From Auanema rhodensis (Eukaryota; Animalia; Nematoda): a stretch of 64,000 bases of DNA. The notes under the pieces are model-generated. The model was given only the letters and a program-made list of their open reading frames with translations, had not been told where the DNA came from and did no database searches. Location: the NCBI GenBank assembly GCA_964057225.1, contig OZ059895.1, positions 17,670,001-17,734,000 of the forward strand, read 5' to 3'. Of this stretch, positions 14,517 through 27,200 are shown one piece after another; the first letter of the stretch is position 1, and each line of letters opens with the position of its first letter. Position numbers and translations under genes: made by a program.

Positions 14517-14700
14517 TTATGAACTATACGAAACATATTTTCATACAAGCGCAGCTTGTACGGAAACATGAGGTCTCAAGCTACAGCAAAACTGCATAAT
14601 TTTTTAAGCTAAATCAAGGCCAAAACGAAAATTCAAATTTGCTTCGCGCAGTCGACGCTACTATTACTTTACCAGAAGTCAGAGTTTTTTAAAAATTTAA

Positions 14701-14773
14701 CGACCACGGCAGGATTCGAACCTACAATCTTCTGCTCCGTAGGCAGACGCGTTATCCATGGCGCCACGCGGCC
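14701..14773 (-). tRNA. tRNA-Arg(ACG), first of 25 copies
   Basis: Reverse complement GGCCGCGTGGCGC(C/A)ATGGATAACGCG TCTGC-CTACGGA-GCAGA AGATTGTAGGTTCGAATCCTGCCGTGGTCG, with a T5 terminator. Other copies have left coordinates 15635, 16761, 17695, 18629, 19755, 20881, 22583, 23901, 25027, 25961, 27087, 28405, 29339, 30464, 32166, 33676, 34610, 35735, 37821, 39331, 40265, 47191, 49277, 50552. Confidence 0.95.
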
Positions 14774-15020
14774 ACGTTATTAAGTTTCTTATCGCTATTC
14801 AAGACTTGCAGTCCAAGATACATTCATCTTGCCTGGAGAAAAGATGGGCCGTTTGAATAGGACATAACATTCCATAGGTGAACTGATATTTTCCGAACAG
14901 TGTGCATGATTGTGGCAACACTGTGGATTCATCCACCTGTTCATACAAATGCGTTAATCGATGTTATTCATGATTGCCAGATTCGAATCACGTATTTGGA
15001 GCATTTAAAGCTTTGTACAA

Positions 15021-15092
15021 GCCTTTATAGCTCAGTGGCAGAGCGTCTGTCTCGTAAACAGAAGGTCGACGGTTCAATCCCGTCTGAGGGCA
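15021..15092 (+). tRNA. tRNA-Thr(CGT), first of ~77 copies (192-bp monomer)
   Basis: GCCTTTATAGCTCAGTGGCAGAGCG TCTGT-CTCGTAA-ACAGA AGGTC GACGG-TTCAATC-CCGTC TGA(A/G)GGCA. A and B boxes are intact and a T4-5 terminator follows. Confidence 0.95.
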
Positions 15093-15212
15093 TATTTTAA
15101 TCGTTTTATTAAGTTTTCAAAGGTTGTCTACACCCATAACTGGTACGAGACTATTTTGTTCATGATTGCCAGATTCGAATCACGTATTTGGAGCATTTAA
15201 AGCTTTGTACAA

Positions 15213-15232
15213 GCCTTTATAGCTCAGTGGCA
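15213..15232 (+). pseudogene. 20-nt 5' fragment of tRNA-Thr(CGT) (A box only), present at the end of 23 of 25 units
   Basis: GCCTTTATAGCTCAGTGGCA is fused via ACCT to AACAGACTCTAGATAGATC, with the same junction in each copy. Confidence 0.9.
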
Positions 15233-18200
15233 ACCTAACAGACTCTAGATAGATCTTTTGCGAATCCTCGTGAAACAACGTCAAGGCGGTATTGTGTGAG
15301 TCAAGAAGTTGTGAACTTGACCAGAATGTTTTCTACGTGTTGCTTCTCCAAAATATGATCTTCTGAGATGCCAAAACATGCCTCCAGGCGGGATTGAACC
15401 ACCGACCTTTGGTTTACAAGACCAACGCTCTGTCACTGAGCTATAGAGGCTTATGAACTATACGAAACATATTTTCATACAAGCGCAGCTTGTACGGAAA
15501 CATGAGGTCTCAAGCTAGAGCAAAACTGCATAATTTTTTAAGCTAAATCAAGGCCAAAACGAAAATTCAAATTTGCTTCGCGCAGTCGACGCTACTATTA
15601 CTTTACCAGAAGTCAGAGTTTTTTAAAAATTTAACGACCACGGCAGGATTCGAACCTACAATCTTCTGCTCCGTAGGCAGACGCGTTATCCATTGCGCCA
15701 CGCGGCCACGTTATTAAGTTTCTTATCGCTATTCAAGACTTGCAGTCCAAGATACATTTATCTTGCCTGGAGAAAAGATGGGCCGTTTGAATAGGACATA
15801 ACATTCCATAGGTGAACTGATATTTTCCGAACAGTGTGCATGATTGTGGCAACACTGTGGATTCATCCACCTGTTCATACAAATGCGTTAATCGATGTTA
15901 TTCATGATTGCCAGATTCGATACACATATTTGGAGCATTTAAAGCTTTGTACAAGCCTTTATAGCTCAGTGGCAGAGCGTCTGTCTCGTAAACAGAAGGT
16001 CGACGGTTCAATCCCGTCTGAAGGCATGTTTTTATCGTTTTATTAAGTTTTCAAAGGTTGTCTACACCCATAACTGGTACGAGACTATTTTGTTCATGAT
16101 TGCCAGATTCGAATCATGTATTTGGAGCATTTAAAGCTTTGTACAAGCCTTTATAGCTCAGTGGCAGAGCGTCTGTCTCGTAAACAGAAGGTCGACGGTT
16201 CAATCCCGTCTGAAGGCATGTTTTTATAGTTTTATTAAGTTTTCAAAGGTTGTCTACACCCATAACTGGTACGAGACTATTTTGTTCATGATTGCCAGAT
16301 TCGAATCACGTATTTGGAGCATTCAAAGCTTTGTACAAGCCTTTATAGCTCAGTGGCAACCTAACAGACTCTAGATAGATCTTTTGCGAATCCTCGTGAA
16401 GCAACGTCAAGGCGGTATTGTGTGAGTCAAGAAGTTGTGAACTTGACCAGAATGTTTTCTACGTGTTGCTTCTCCAAAATATGATCTTCTGAGATGCCAA
16501 AACATGCCTCCAGGCGGGATTGAACCACCGACCTTTGGTTTACAAGACCAACGCTCTGCCACTGAGCTATAGAGGCTTATGAACTATACGAAACATATTT
16601 TCATACAAGCGCAGCTTGTACGGAAACATGAGGTCTCAAGCTAGAGCAAAACTGCATAATTTTTTAAGCTAAATCAAGGCCAAAACGAAAATTCAAATTT
16701 GCTTCGCGCAGTCGACGCTACTATTACTTTACCAGAAGTCAGAGTTTTTTAAAAAGTTAACGACCACGGCAGGATTCGAACCTACAATCTTCTGCTCCGT
16801 AGGCAGACGCGTTATCCATTGCGCCACGCGGCCACGTTATTAAGTTTCTTGTCGCTATTCAAGACTTGCAGTCCAAGATACATTCATCTTGCCTGGAGAA
16901 AAGATGGGCCGTTTGAATAGGACATAACATTCCATAGGTGAACTGATATTTTCCGAACAGTGTGCATGATTGTGGCAACACTGTGGATTCATCCACCTGT
17001 TCATACAAATGCGTTAATCGATGTTATTCATGATTGCCAGATTCGAATCACGTATTTGGAGCATTTAAAGCTTTGTACAAGCCTTTATAGCTCAGTGGCA
17101 GAGCGTCTGTCTCGTAAACAGAAGGTCGACGGTTCAATCCCGTCTGAAGGCATGTTTTTATAGTTTTATTAAGTTTTCAAAGGTTGTCTACACCCATAAC
17201 TGGTACGAGACTATTTTGTTCATGATTGCCAGATTCGAATCACGTATTTGGAGCATTCAAAGCTTTGTACAAGCCTTTATAGCTCAGTGGCAACCTAACA
17301 GACTCTAGATAGATCTTTTGCGAATCCTCGTGAAGCAACGTCAAGGCGGTATTGTGTGAGTCAAGAAGTTGTGAACTTGACCAGAATGTTTTCTACGTGT
17401 TGCTTCTCCAAAATATGATCTTCTGAGATGCCAAAACATGCCTCCAGGCGGGATTGAACCACCGACCTTTGGTTTACAAGACCAACGCTCTGCCACTGAG
17501 CTATAGAGGCTTATGAACTATACGAAACATATTTTCATACAAGCGCAGCTTGTACGGAAACATGAGGTCTCAAGCTAAAGCAAAACTGCATAATTTTTTA
17601 AGCTAAATCAAGGCCAAAACGAAAATTCAAATTTGCTTCGCGCAGTCGACGCTACTATTACTTTACCAGAAGTCAGAGTTTTTTAAAAAGTTAACGACCA
17701 CGGCAGGATTCGAACCTACAATCTTCTGCTCCGTAGGCAGACGCGTTATCCATTGCGCCACGCGGCCACGTTATTAAGTTTCTTGTCGCTATTCAAGACT
17801 TGCAGTCCAAGATACATTCATCTTGCCTGGAGAAAAGATGGGCCGTTTGAATAGGACATAACATTCCATAGGTGAACTGATATTTTCCGAACAGTGTGCA
17901 TGATTGTGGCAACACTGTGGATTCATCCACCTGTTCATACAAATGCGTTAATCGATGTTATTCATGATTGCCAGATTCGAATCACGTATTTGGAGCATTT
18001 AAAGCTTTGTACAAGCCTTTATAGCTCAGTGGCAGAGCGTCTGTCTCGTAAACAGAAGGTCGACGGTTCAATCCCGTCTGAAGGCATGTTTTTATAGTTT
18101 TATTAAGTTTTCAAAGGTTGTCTACACCCATAACTGGTACGAGACTATTTTGTTCATGATTGCCAGATTCGAATCACGTATTTGGAGCATTCAAAGCTTT

Positions 18201-21200
18201 GTACAAGCCTTTATAGCTCAGTGGCAACCTAACAGACTCTAGATAGATCTTTTGCGAATCCTCGTGAAGCAACGTCAAGGCGGTATTGTGTGAGTCAAGA
18301 AGTTGTGAACTTGACCAGAATGTTTTCTACGTGTTGCTTCTCCAAAATATGATCTTCTGAGATGCCAAAACATGCCTCCAGGCGGGATTGAACCACCGAC
18401 CTTTGGTTTACAAGACCAACGCTCTGCCACTGAGCTATAGAGGCTTATGAACTATACGAAACATATTTTCATACAAGCGCAGCTTGTACGGAAACATGAG
18501 GTCTCAAGCTAGAGCAAAACTGCATAATTTTTTAAGCTAAATCAAGGCCAAAACGAAAATTCAAATTTGCTTCGCGCAGTCGACGCTACTATTACTTTAC
18601 CAGAAGTCAGAGTTTTTTAAAAATTTAACGACCACGGCAGGATTCGAACCTACAATCTTCTGCTCCGTAGGCAGACGCGTTATCCATTGCGCCACGCGGC
18701 CACGTTATTAAGTTTCTTATCGCTATTCAAGACTTGCAGTCCAAGATACATTTATCTTGCCTGGAGAAAAGATGGGCCGTTTGAATAGGACATAACATTC
18801 CATAGGTGAACTGATATTTTCCGAACAGTGTGCATGATTGTGGCAACACTGTGGATTCATCCACCTGTTCATACAAATGCGTTAATCGATGTTATTCATG
18901 ATTGCCAGATTCGATACACATATTTGGAGCATTTAAAGCTTTGTACAAGCCTTTATAGCTCAGTGACAGAGCGTCTGTCTCGTAAACAGAAGGTCGACGG
19001 TTCAATCCCGTCTGAAGGCATGTTTTTATCGTTTTATTAAGTTTTCAAAGGTTGTCTACACCCATAACTGGTACGAGACTATTTTGTTCATGATTGCCAG
19101 ATTCGAATCACGTATTTGGAGCATTTAAAGCTTTGTACAAGCCTTTATAGCTCAGTGGCAGAGCGTCTGTCTCGTAAACAGAAGGTCGACGGTTCAATCC
19201 CGTCTGAAGGCATGTTTTTATAGTTTTATTAAGTTTTCATAAGTTGTCTACACCCAAAAAAGGTACGAGACTATTTTGTTCATGATTGCCAGATTTGAAT
19301 CACGTATTTGGAGCATTCAAAGCTTTGTACAAGCCTTTATAGCTCAGTGGCAACCTAACAGACTCTAGATAGATCTTTTGCGAATCCTCGTGAAGCAACG
19401 TCAAGGCGGTATTGTGTGAGTCAAGAAGTTGTGAACTTGACCAGAATGTTTTCTACGTGTTGCTTCTCCAAAATATGATCTTCTGAGATGCCAAAACATG
19501 CCTCCAGGCGGGATTGAACCACCGACCTTTGGTTTACAAGACCAACGCTCTGCCACTGAGCTATAGAGGCTTATGAACTATACGAAACATATTTTCATAC
19601 AAGCGCAGCTTGTACGGAAACATGAGGTCTCAAGCTAGAGCAAAACTGCATAATTTTTTAAGCTAAATCAAGGCCAAAACGAAAATTCAAATTTGCTTCG
19701 CGCAGTCGACGCTACTATTACTTTACCAGAAGTCAGAGTTTTTTAAAAATTTAACGACCACGGCAGGATTCGAACCTACAATCTTCTGCTCCGTAGGCAG
19801 ACGCGTTATCCATTGCGCCACGCGGCCACGTTATTAGGTTTCTTATCGCTATTCAAGACTTGCAGTCCAAGATACATTCATCTTGCCTGGAGAAAAGATG
19901 GGCCGTATGAATAGGACATAACATTCCATAGGTGAACTGATATTTTCCGAACAGTGTGCATGATTGTGGCAACACTGTGGATTCATCCACCTGTTCATAC
20001 AAATGCGTTAATCGATGTTATTCATGATTGCCAGATTCGAATCACATATTTGGAGCATTTAAAGCTTTGTACAAGCCTTTATAGCTCAGTGGCAGAGCGT
20101 CTGTCTCGTAAACAGAAGGTCGACGGTTCAATCCCGTCTGAAGGCATGTTTTTATCGTTTTATTAAGTTTTCATAAGTTGTCTACACCCAAAAAAGGTAC
20201 GAGACTATTTTGTTCATGATTGCCAGATTCGAATCACGTATTTGGAGCATTTAAAGCTTTGTACAAGCCTTTATAGCTCAGTGGCAGAGCGTCTGTCTCG
20301 TAAACAGAAGGTCGACGGTTCAATCCCGTCTGAAGGCATGTTTTTATAGTTTTATTAAGTTTTCATAAGTTGTCTACACCCAAAAAAGGTACGAGACTAT
20401 TTTGTTCATGATTGCCAGATTTGAATCACGTATTTGGAGCATTCAAAGCTTTGTACAAGCCTTTATAGCTCAGTGGCAACCTAACAGACTCTAGATAGAT
20501 CTTTTGCGAATCCTCGTGAAGCAACGTCAAGGCGGTATTGTGTGAGTCAAGAAGTTGTGAACTTGACCAGAATGTTTTCTACGTGTTGCTTCTCCAAAAT
20601 ATGATCTTCTGAGATGCCAAAACATGCCTCCAGGCGGGATTGAACCACCGACCTTTGGTTTACAAGACCAACGCTCTGCCACTGAGCTATAGAGGCTTAT
20701 GAACTATACGAAACATATTTTCATACAAGCGCAGCTTGTACGGAAACATGAGGTCTCAAGCTAAAGCAAAACTGCATAATTTTTTAAGCTAAATCAAGGC
20801 CAAAACGAAAATTCAAATTTGCTTCGCGCAGTCGACGCTACTATTACTTTACCAGAAGTCAGAGTTTTTTAAAAAGTTAACGACCACGGCAGGATTCGAA
20901 CCTACAATCTTCTGCTCCGTAGGCAGACGCGTTATCCATTGCGCCACGCGGCCACGTTATTAAGTTTCTTGTCGCTATTCAAGACTTGCAGTCCAAGATA
21001 CATTCATCTTGCCTGGAGAAAAGATGGGCCGTTTGAATAGGACATAACATTCCATAGGTGAACTGATATTTTCCGAACAGTGTGCATGATTGTGGCAACA
21101 CTGTGGATTCATCCACCTGTTCATACAAATGCGTTAATCGATGTTATTCATGATTGCCAGATTCGAATCACGTATTTGGAGCATTTAAAGCTTTGTACAA

Positions 21201-24200
21201 GCCTTTATAGCTCAGTGGCAGAGCGTCTGTCTCGTAAACAGAAGGTCGACGGTTCAATCCCGTCTGAAGGCATGTTTTTATCGTTTTATTAAGTTTTCAT
21301 AAGTTGTCTACACCCATAAAAAGTACGAGCCTATTTTGTTCATGATTGCCAGATTCGAATCACGTATTTGGAGCATTTAAAGCTTTGTACAAGCCTTTAT
21401 AGCTCAGTGGCAGAGCGTCTGTCTCGTAAACAGAAGGTCGACGGTTCAATCCCGTCTGAAGGCATGTTTTTATCGTTTTATTAAGTTTTCATAAGTTGTC
21501 TACACCCATAAAAGGTACGAGACTATTTTGTTCATGATTGCCAGATTCGAATCACGTATTTGGAGCATTTAAAGCTTTGTACAAGCCTTTATAGCTCAGT
21601 GGCAGAGCGTCTGTCTCGTAAACAGAAGGTCGACGGTTCAATCCCGTCTGAAGGCATGTTTTTATAGTTTTATTAAGTTTTCATAAGTTGTCTACACCCA
21701 AAAAAGGTACGAGACTATTTTGTTCATAATTGCCAGATTCGAATCACGTATTTGGAGCATTTAAAGCTTTGTACAAGCCTTTATAGCTCAGTGGCAGAGC
21801 GTCTGTCTCGTAAACAGAAGGTCGACGGTTCAGTCCCGTCTGAAGGCATGTTTTTATCGTTTTATTAAGTTTTCAAAGGTTGTCTACACCCATAACTGGT
21901 ACGAGACTATTTTGTTCATGATTGCCAGATTCGAATCACGTATTTGGAGCATTAAAAGCTTTGTACAAGCCTTTATAGCTCAGTGGCAGAGCGTCTGTCT
22001 CGTAAACAGAAGGTCGACGGTTCAATCCCGTCTGAAGGCATGTTTTTATAGTTTTATTAAGTTTTCATAAGTTGTCTACACCCAAAAAAGGTACGAGACT
22101 ATTTTGTTCATGATTGCCAGATTTGAATCACGTATTTGGAGCATTCAAAGCTTTGTACAAGCCTTTATAGCTCAGTGGCAACCTAACAGACTCTAGATAG
22201 ATCTTTTGCGAATCCTCGTGAAGCAACGTCAAGGCGGTATTGTGTGAGTCAAGAAGTTGTGAACTTGACCAGAATGTTTTCTACGTGTTGCTTCTCCAAA
22301 ATATGATCTTCTGAGATGCCAAAACATGCCTCCAGGCGGGATTGAACCACCGACCTTTGGTTTACAAGACCAACGCTCTGCCACTGAGCTATAGAGGCTT
22401 ATGAACTATACGAAACATATTTTCATACAAGCGCAGCTTGTACGGAAACATGAGGTCTCAAGCTAGAGCAAAACTGCATAATTTTTTAAGCTAAATCAAG
22501 GCCAAAACGAAAATTCAAATTTGCTTCGCGCAGTCGACGCTACTATTACTTTACCAGAAGTCAGAGTTTTTTAAAAATTTAACGACCACGGCAGGATTCG
22601 AACCTACAATCTTCTGCTCCGTAGGCAGACGCGTTATCCATTGCGCCACGCGGCCACGTTATTAAGTTTCTTATCGCTATTCAAGACTTGCAGTCCAACA
22701 TACATTCATCTTGCCTGGAGAAAAGATGGGCCGTTTGAATAGGACATAACATTCCATAGGTGAACTGATATTTTCCGAACAGTGTGCATGATTGTGGCAA
22801 CACTGTGGATTCATCCACCTGTTCATACAAATGCGTTAATCGATGTTATTCATGATTGCCAGATTCGAATCACATATTTGGAGCATTTAAAGCTTTGTAC
22901 AAGCCTTTATAGCTCAGTGGCAGAGCGTCTGTCTCGTAAACAGAAGGTCGACGGTTCAATCCCGTCTGAAGGCATGTTTTTATCGTTTTATTAAGTTTTC
23001 AAAGGTTGTCTACACCCATAACTGGTACGAGACTATTTTGTTCATGATTGCCAGATTCGAATCACGTATTTGGAGCATTTAAAGCTTTGTACAAGCCTTT
23101 ATAGCTCAGTGGCAGAGCGTCTGTCTCGTAAACAATAGGTCGACGGTTCAATCCCGTCTGAAGGCATGTTTTTATCGTTTTATTAAGTTTTCATAAGTTG
23201 TCTACACCCATAAAAGGTACGAGACTATTTTGTTCATGATTGCCAGATTCGAATCACGTATTTGGAGCATTTAAAGCTTTGTACAAGCCTTCATAGCTCA
23301 GTGGCAGAGCGTCTGTCTCGTAAACAGAAGGTCGACGGTTCAATCCCGTCTGAAGGCATGTTTTTATAGTTTTATTAAGTTTTCAAAGGTTGTCTACACC
23401 CATAACTGGTACGAGACTATTTTGTTCATGATTGCCAGATTCGAATCACGTATTTGGAGCATTCAAAGCTTTGTACAAGCCTTTATAGCTCAGTGGCAAC
23501 CTAACAGACTCTAGATAGATCTTTTGCGAATCCTCGTGAAACAACGTCAAGGCGGTATTGTGTGAGTCAAGAAGTTGTGAACTTGACCAGAATGTTTTCT
23601 ACGTGTTGCTTCTCCAAAATATGATCTTCTGAGATGCCAAAACATGCCTCCAGGCGGGATTGAACCACCGACCTTTGGTTTACAAGACCAACGCTCTGCC
23701 ACTGAGCTATAGAGGCTTATGAACTATACGAAACATATTTTCATACAAGCGCAGCTTGTACGGAAACATGAGGTCTCAAGCTAGAGCAAAACTGCATAAT
23801 TTTTAAAGCTAAATCAAGGCCAAAACGAAAATTCAAATTTGCTTCGCGCAGTCGACGCTACTATTACTTTACCAGAAGTCAGAGTTTTTTAAAAATTTAA
23901 CGACCACGGCAGGATTCGAACCTACAATCTTCTGCTCCGTAGGCAGACGCGTTATCCATTGCGCCACGCGGCCACGTTATTAAGTTTCTTATCGCTATTC
24001 AAGACTTGCAGTCCAAGATACATTTATCTTGCCTGGAGAAAAGATGGGCCGTTTGAATAGGACATAACATTCCATAGGTGAACTGATATTTTCCGAACAG
24101 TGTGCATGATTGTGGCAACACTGTGGATTCATCCACCTGTTCATACAAATGCGTTAATCGATGTTATTCATGATTGCCAGATTCGATACACATATTTGGA

Positions 24201-27200
24201 GCATTTAAAGCTTTGTACAAGCCTTTATAGCTCAGTGACAGAGCGTCTGTCTCGTAAACAGAAGGTCGACGGTTCAATCCCGTCTGAAGGCATGTTTTTA
24301 TCGTTTTATTAAGTTTTCAAAGGTTGTCTACACCCATAACTGGTACGAGACTATTTTGTTCATGATTGCCAGATTCGAATCACGTATTTGGAGCATTTAA
24401 AGCTTTGTACAAGCCTTTATAGCTCAGTGGCAGAGCGTCTGTCTCGTAAACAGAAGGTCGACGGTTCAATCCCGTCTGAAGGCATGTTTTTATAGTTTTA
24501 TTAAGTTTTCATAAGTTGTCTACACCCAAAAAAGGTACGAGACTATTTTGTTCATGATTGCCAGATTTGAATCACGTATTTGGAGCATTCAAAGCTTTGT
24601 ACAAGCCTTTATAGCTCAGTGGCAACCTAACAGACTCTAGATAGATCTTTTGCGAATCCTCGTGAAGCAACGTCAAGGCGGTATTGTGTGAGTCAAGAAG
24701 TTGTGAACTTGACCAGAATGTTTTCTACGTGTTGCTTCTCCAAAATATGATCTTCTGAGATGCCAAAACATGCCTCCAGGCGGGATTGAACCACCGACCT
24801 TTGGTTTACAAGACCAACGCTCTGCCACTGAGCTATAGAGGCTTATGAACTATACGAAACATATTTTCATACAAGCGCAGCTTGTACGGAAACATGAGGT
24901 CTCAAGCTAAAGCAAAACTGCATAATTTTTTAAGCTAAATCAAGGCCAAAACGAAAATTCAAATTTGCTTCGCGCAGTCGACGCTACTATTACTTTACCA
25001 GAAGTCAGAGTTTTTTAAAAAGTTAACGACCACGGCAGGATTCGAACCTACAATCTTCTGCTCCGTAGGCAGACGCGTTATCCATTGCGCCACGCGGCCA
25101 CGTTATTAAGTTTCTTGTCGCTATTCAAGACTTGCAGTCCAAGATACATTCATCTTGCCTGGAGAAAAGATGGGCCGTTTGAATAGGACATAACATTCCA
25201 TAGGTGAACTGATATTTTCCGAACAGTGTGCATGATTGTGGCAACACTGTGGATTCATCCACCTGTTCATACAAATGCGTTAATCGATGTTATTCATGAT
25301 TGCCAGATTCGAATCACGTATTTGGAGCATTTAAAGCTTTGTACAAGCCTTTATAGCTCAGTGGCAGAGCGTCTGTCTCGTAAACAGAAGGTCGACGGTT
25401 CAATCCCGTCTGAAGGCATGTTTTTATAGTTTTATTAAGTTTTCAAAGGTTGTCTACACCCATAACTGGTACGAGACTATTTTGTTCATGATTGCCAGAT
25501 TCGAATCACGTATTTGGAGCATTCAAAGCTTTGTACAAGCCTTTATAGCTCAGTGGCAACCTAACAGACTCTAGATAGATCTTTTGCGAATCCTCGTGAA
25601 GCAACGTCAAGGCGGTATTGTGTGAGTCAAGAAGTTGTGAACTTGACCAGAATGTTTTCTACGTGTTGCTTCTCCAAAATATGATCTTCTGAGATGCCAA
25701 AACATGCCTCCAGGCGGGATTGAACCACCGACCTTTGGTTTACAAGACCAACGCTCTGCCACTGAGCTATAGAGGCTTATGAACTATACGAAACATATTT
25801 TCATACAAGCGCAGCTTGTACGGAAACATGAGGTCTCAAGCTAGAGCAAAACTGCATAATTTTTTAAGCTAAATCAAGGCCAAAACGAAAATTCAAATTT
25901 GCTTCGCGCAGTCGACGCTACTATTACTTTACCAGAAGTCAGAGTTTTTTAAAAATTTAACGACCACGGCAGGATTCGAACCTACAATCTTCTGCTCCGT
26001 AGGCAGACGCGTTATCCATTGCGCCACGCGGCCACGTTATTAAGTTTCTTATCGCTATTCAAGACTTGCAGTCCAAGATACATTTATCTTGCCTGGAGAA
26101 AAGATGGGCCGTTTGAATAGGACATAACATTCCATAGGTGAACTGATATTTTCCGAACAGTGTGCATGATTGTGGCAACACTGTGGATTCATCCACCTGT
26201 TCATACAAATGCGTTAATCGATGTTATTCATGATTGCCAGATTCGATACACATATTTGGAGCATTTAAAGCTTTGTACAAGCCTTTATAGCTCAGTGACA
26301 GAGCGTCTGTCTCGTAAACAGAAGGTCGACGGTTCAATCCCGTCTGAAGGCATGTTTTTATCGTTTTATTAAGTTTTCAAAGGTTGTCTACACCCATAAC
26401 TGGTACGAGACTATTTTGTTCATGATTGCCAGATTCGAATCACGTATTTGGAGCATTTAAAGCTTTGTACAAGCCTTTATAGCTCAGTGGCAGAGCGTCT
26501 GTCTCGTAAACAGAAGGTCGACGGTTCAATCCCGTCTGAAGGCATGTTTTTATAGTTTTATTAAGTTTTCATAAGTTGTCTACACCCAAAAAAGGTACGA
26601 GACTATTTTGTTCATGATTGCCAGATTTGAATCACGTATTTGGAGCATTCAAAGCTTTGTACAAGCCTTTATAGCTCAGTGGCAACCTAACAGACTCTAG
26701 ATAGATCTTTTGCGAATCCTCGTGAAGCAACGTCAAGGCGGTATTGTGTGAGTCAAGAAGTTGTGAACTTGACCAGAATGTTTTCTACGTGTTGCTTCTC
26801 CAAAATATGATCTTCTGAGATGCCAAAACATGCCTCCAGGCGGGATTGAACCACCGACCTTTGGTTTACAAGACCAACGCTCTGCCACTGAGCTATAGAG
26901 GCTTATGAACTATACGAAACATATTTTCATACAAGCGCAGCTTGTACGGAAACATGAGGTCTCAAGCTAGAGCAAAACTGCATAATTTTTTAAGCTAAAT
27001 CAAGGCCAAAACGAAAATTCAAATTTGCTTCGCGCAGTCGACGCTACTATTACTTTACCAGAAGTCAGAGTTTTTTAAAAATTTAACGACCACGGCAGGA
27101 TTCGAACCTACAATCTTCTGCTCCGTAGGCAGACGCGTTATCCATTGCGCCACGCGGCCACGTTATTAAGTTTCTTATCGCTATTCAAGACTTGCAGTCC

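Noticed and set aside
14591-14608. ACTGCATAATTTTTTAAG resembling a U1 Sm-site region in every unit
   Set aside because: No accompanying snRNA stem-loops; likely chance.
15021-15092. Thr(CGT) as a novel chimera (AGT-type anticodon arm, TGT-type body) or a recoding tRNA
   Set aside because: Threonine identity elements are normal, and as I recall nematode Thr(CGT) genes generally look like this.
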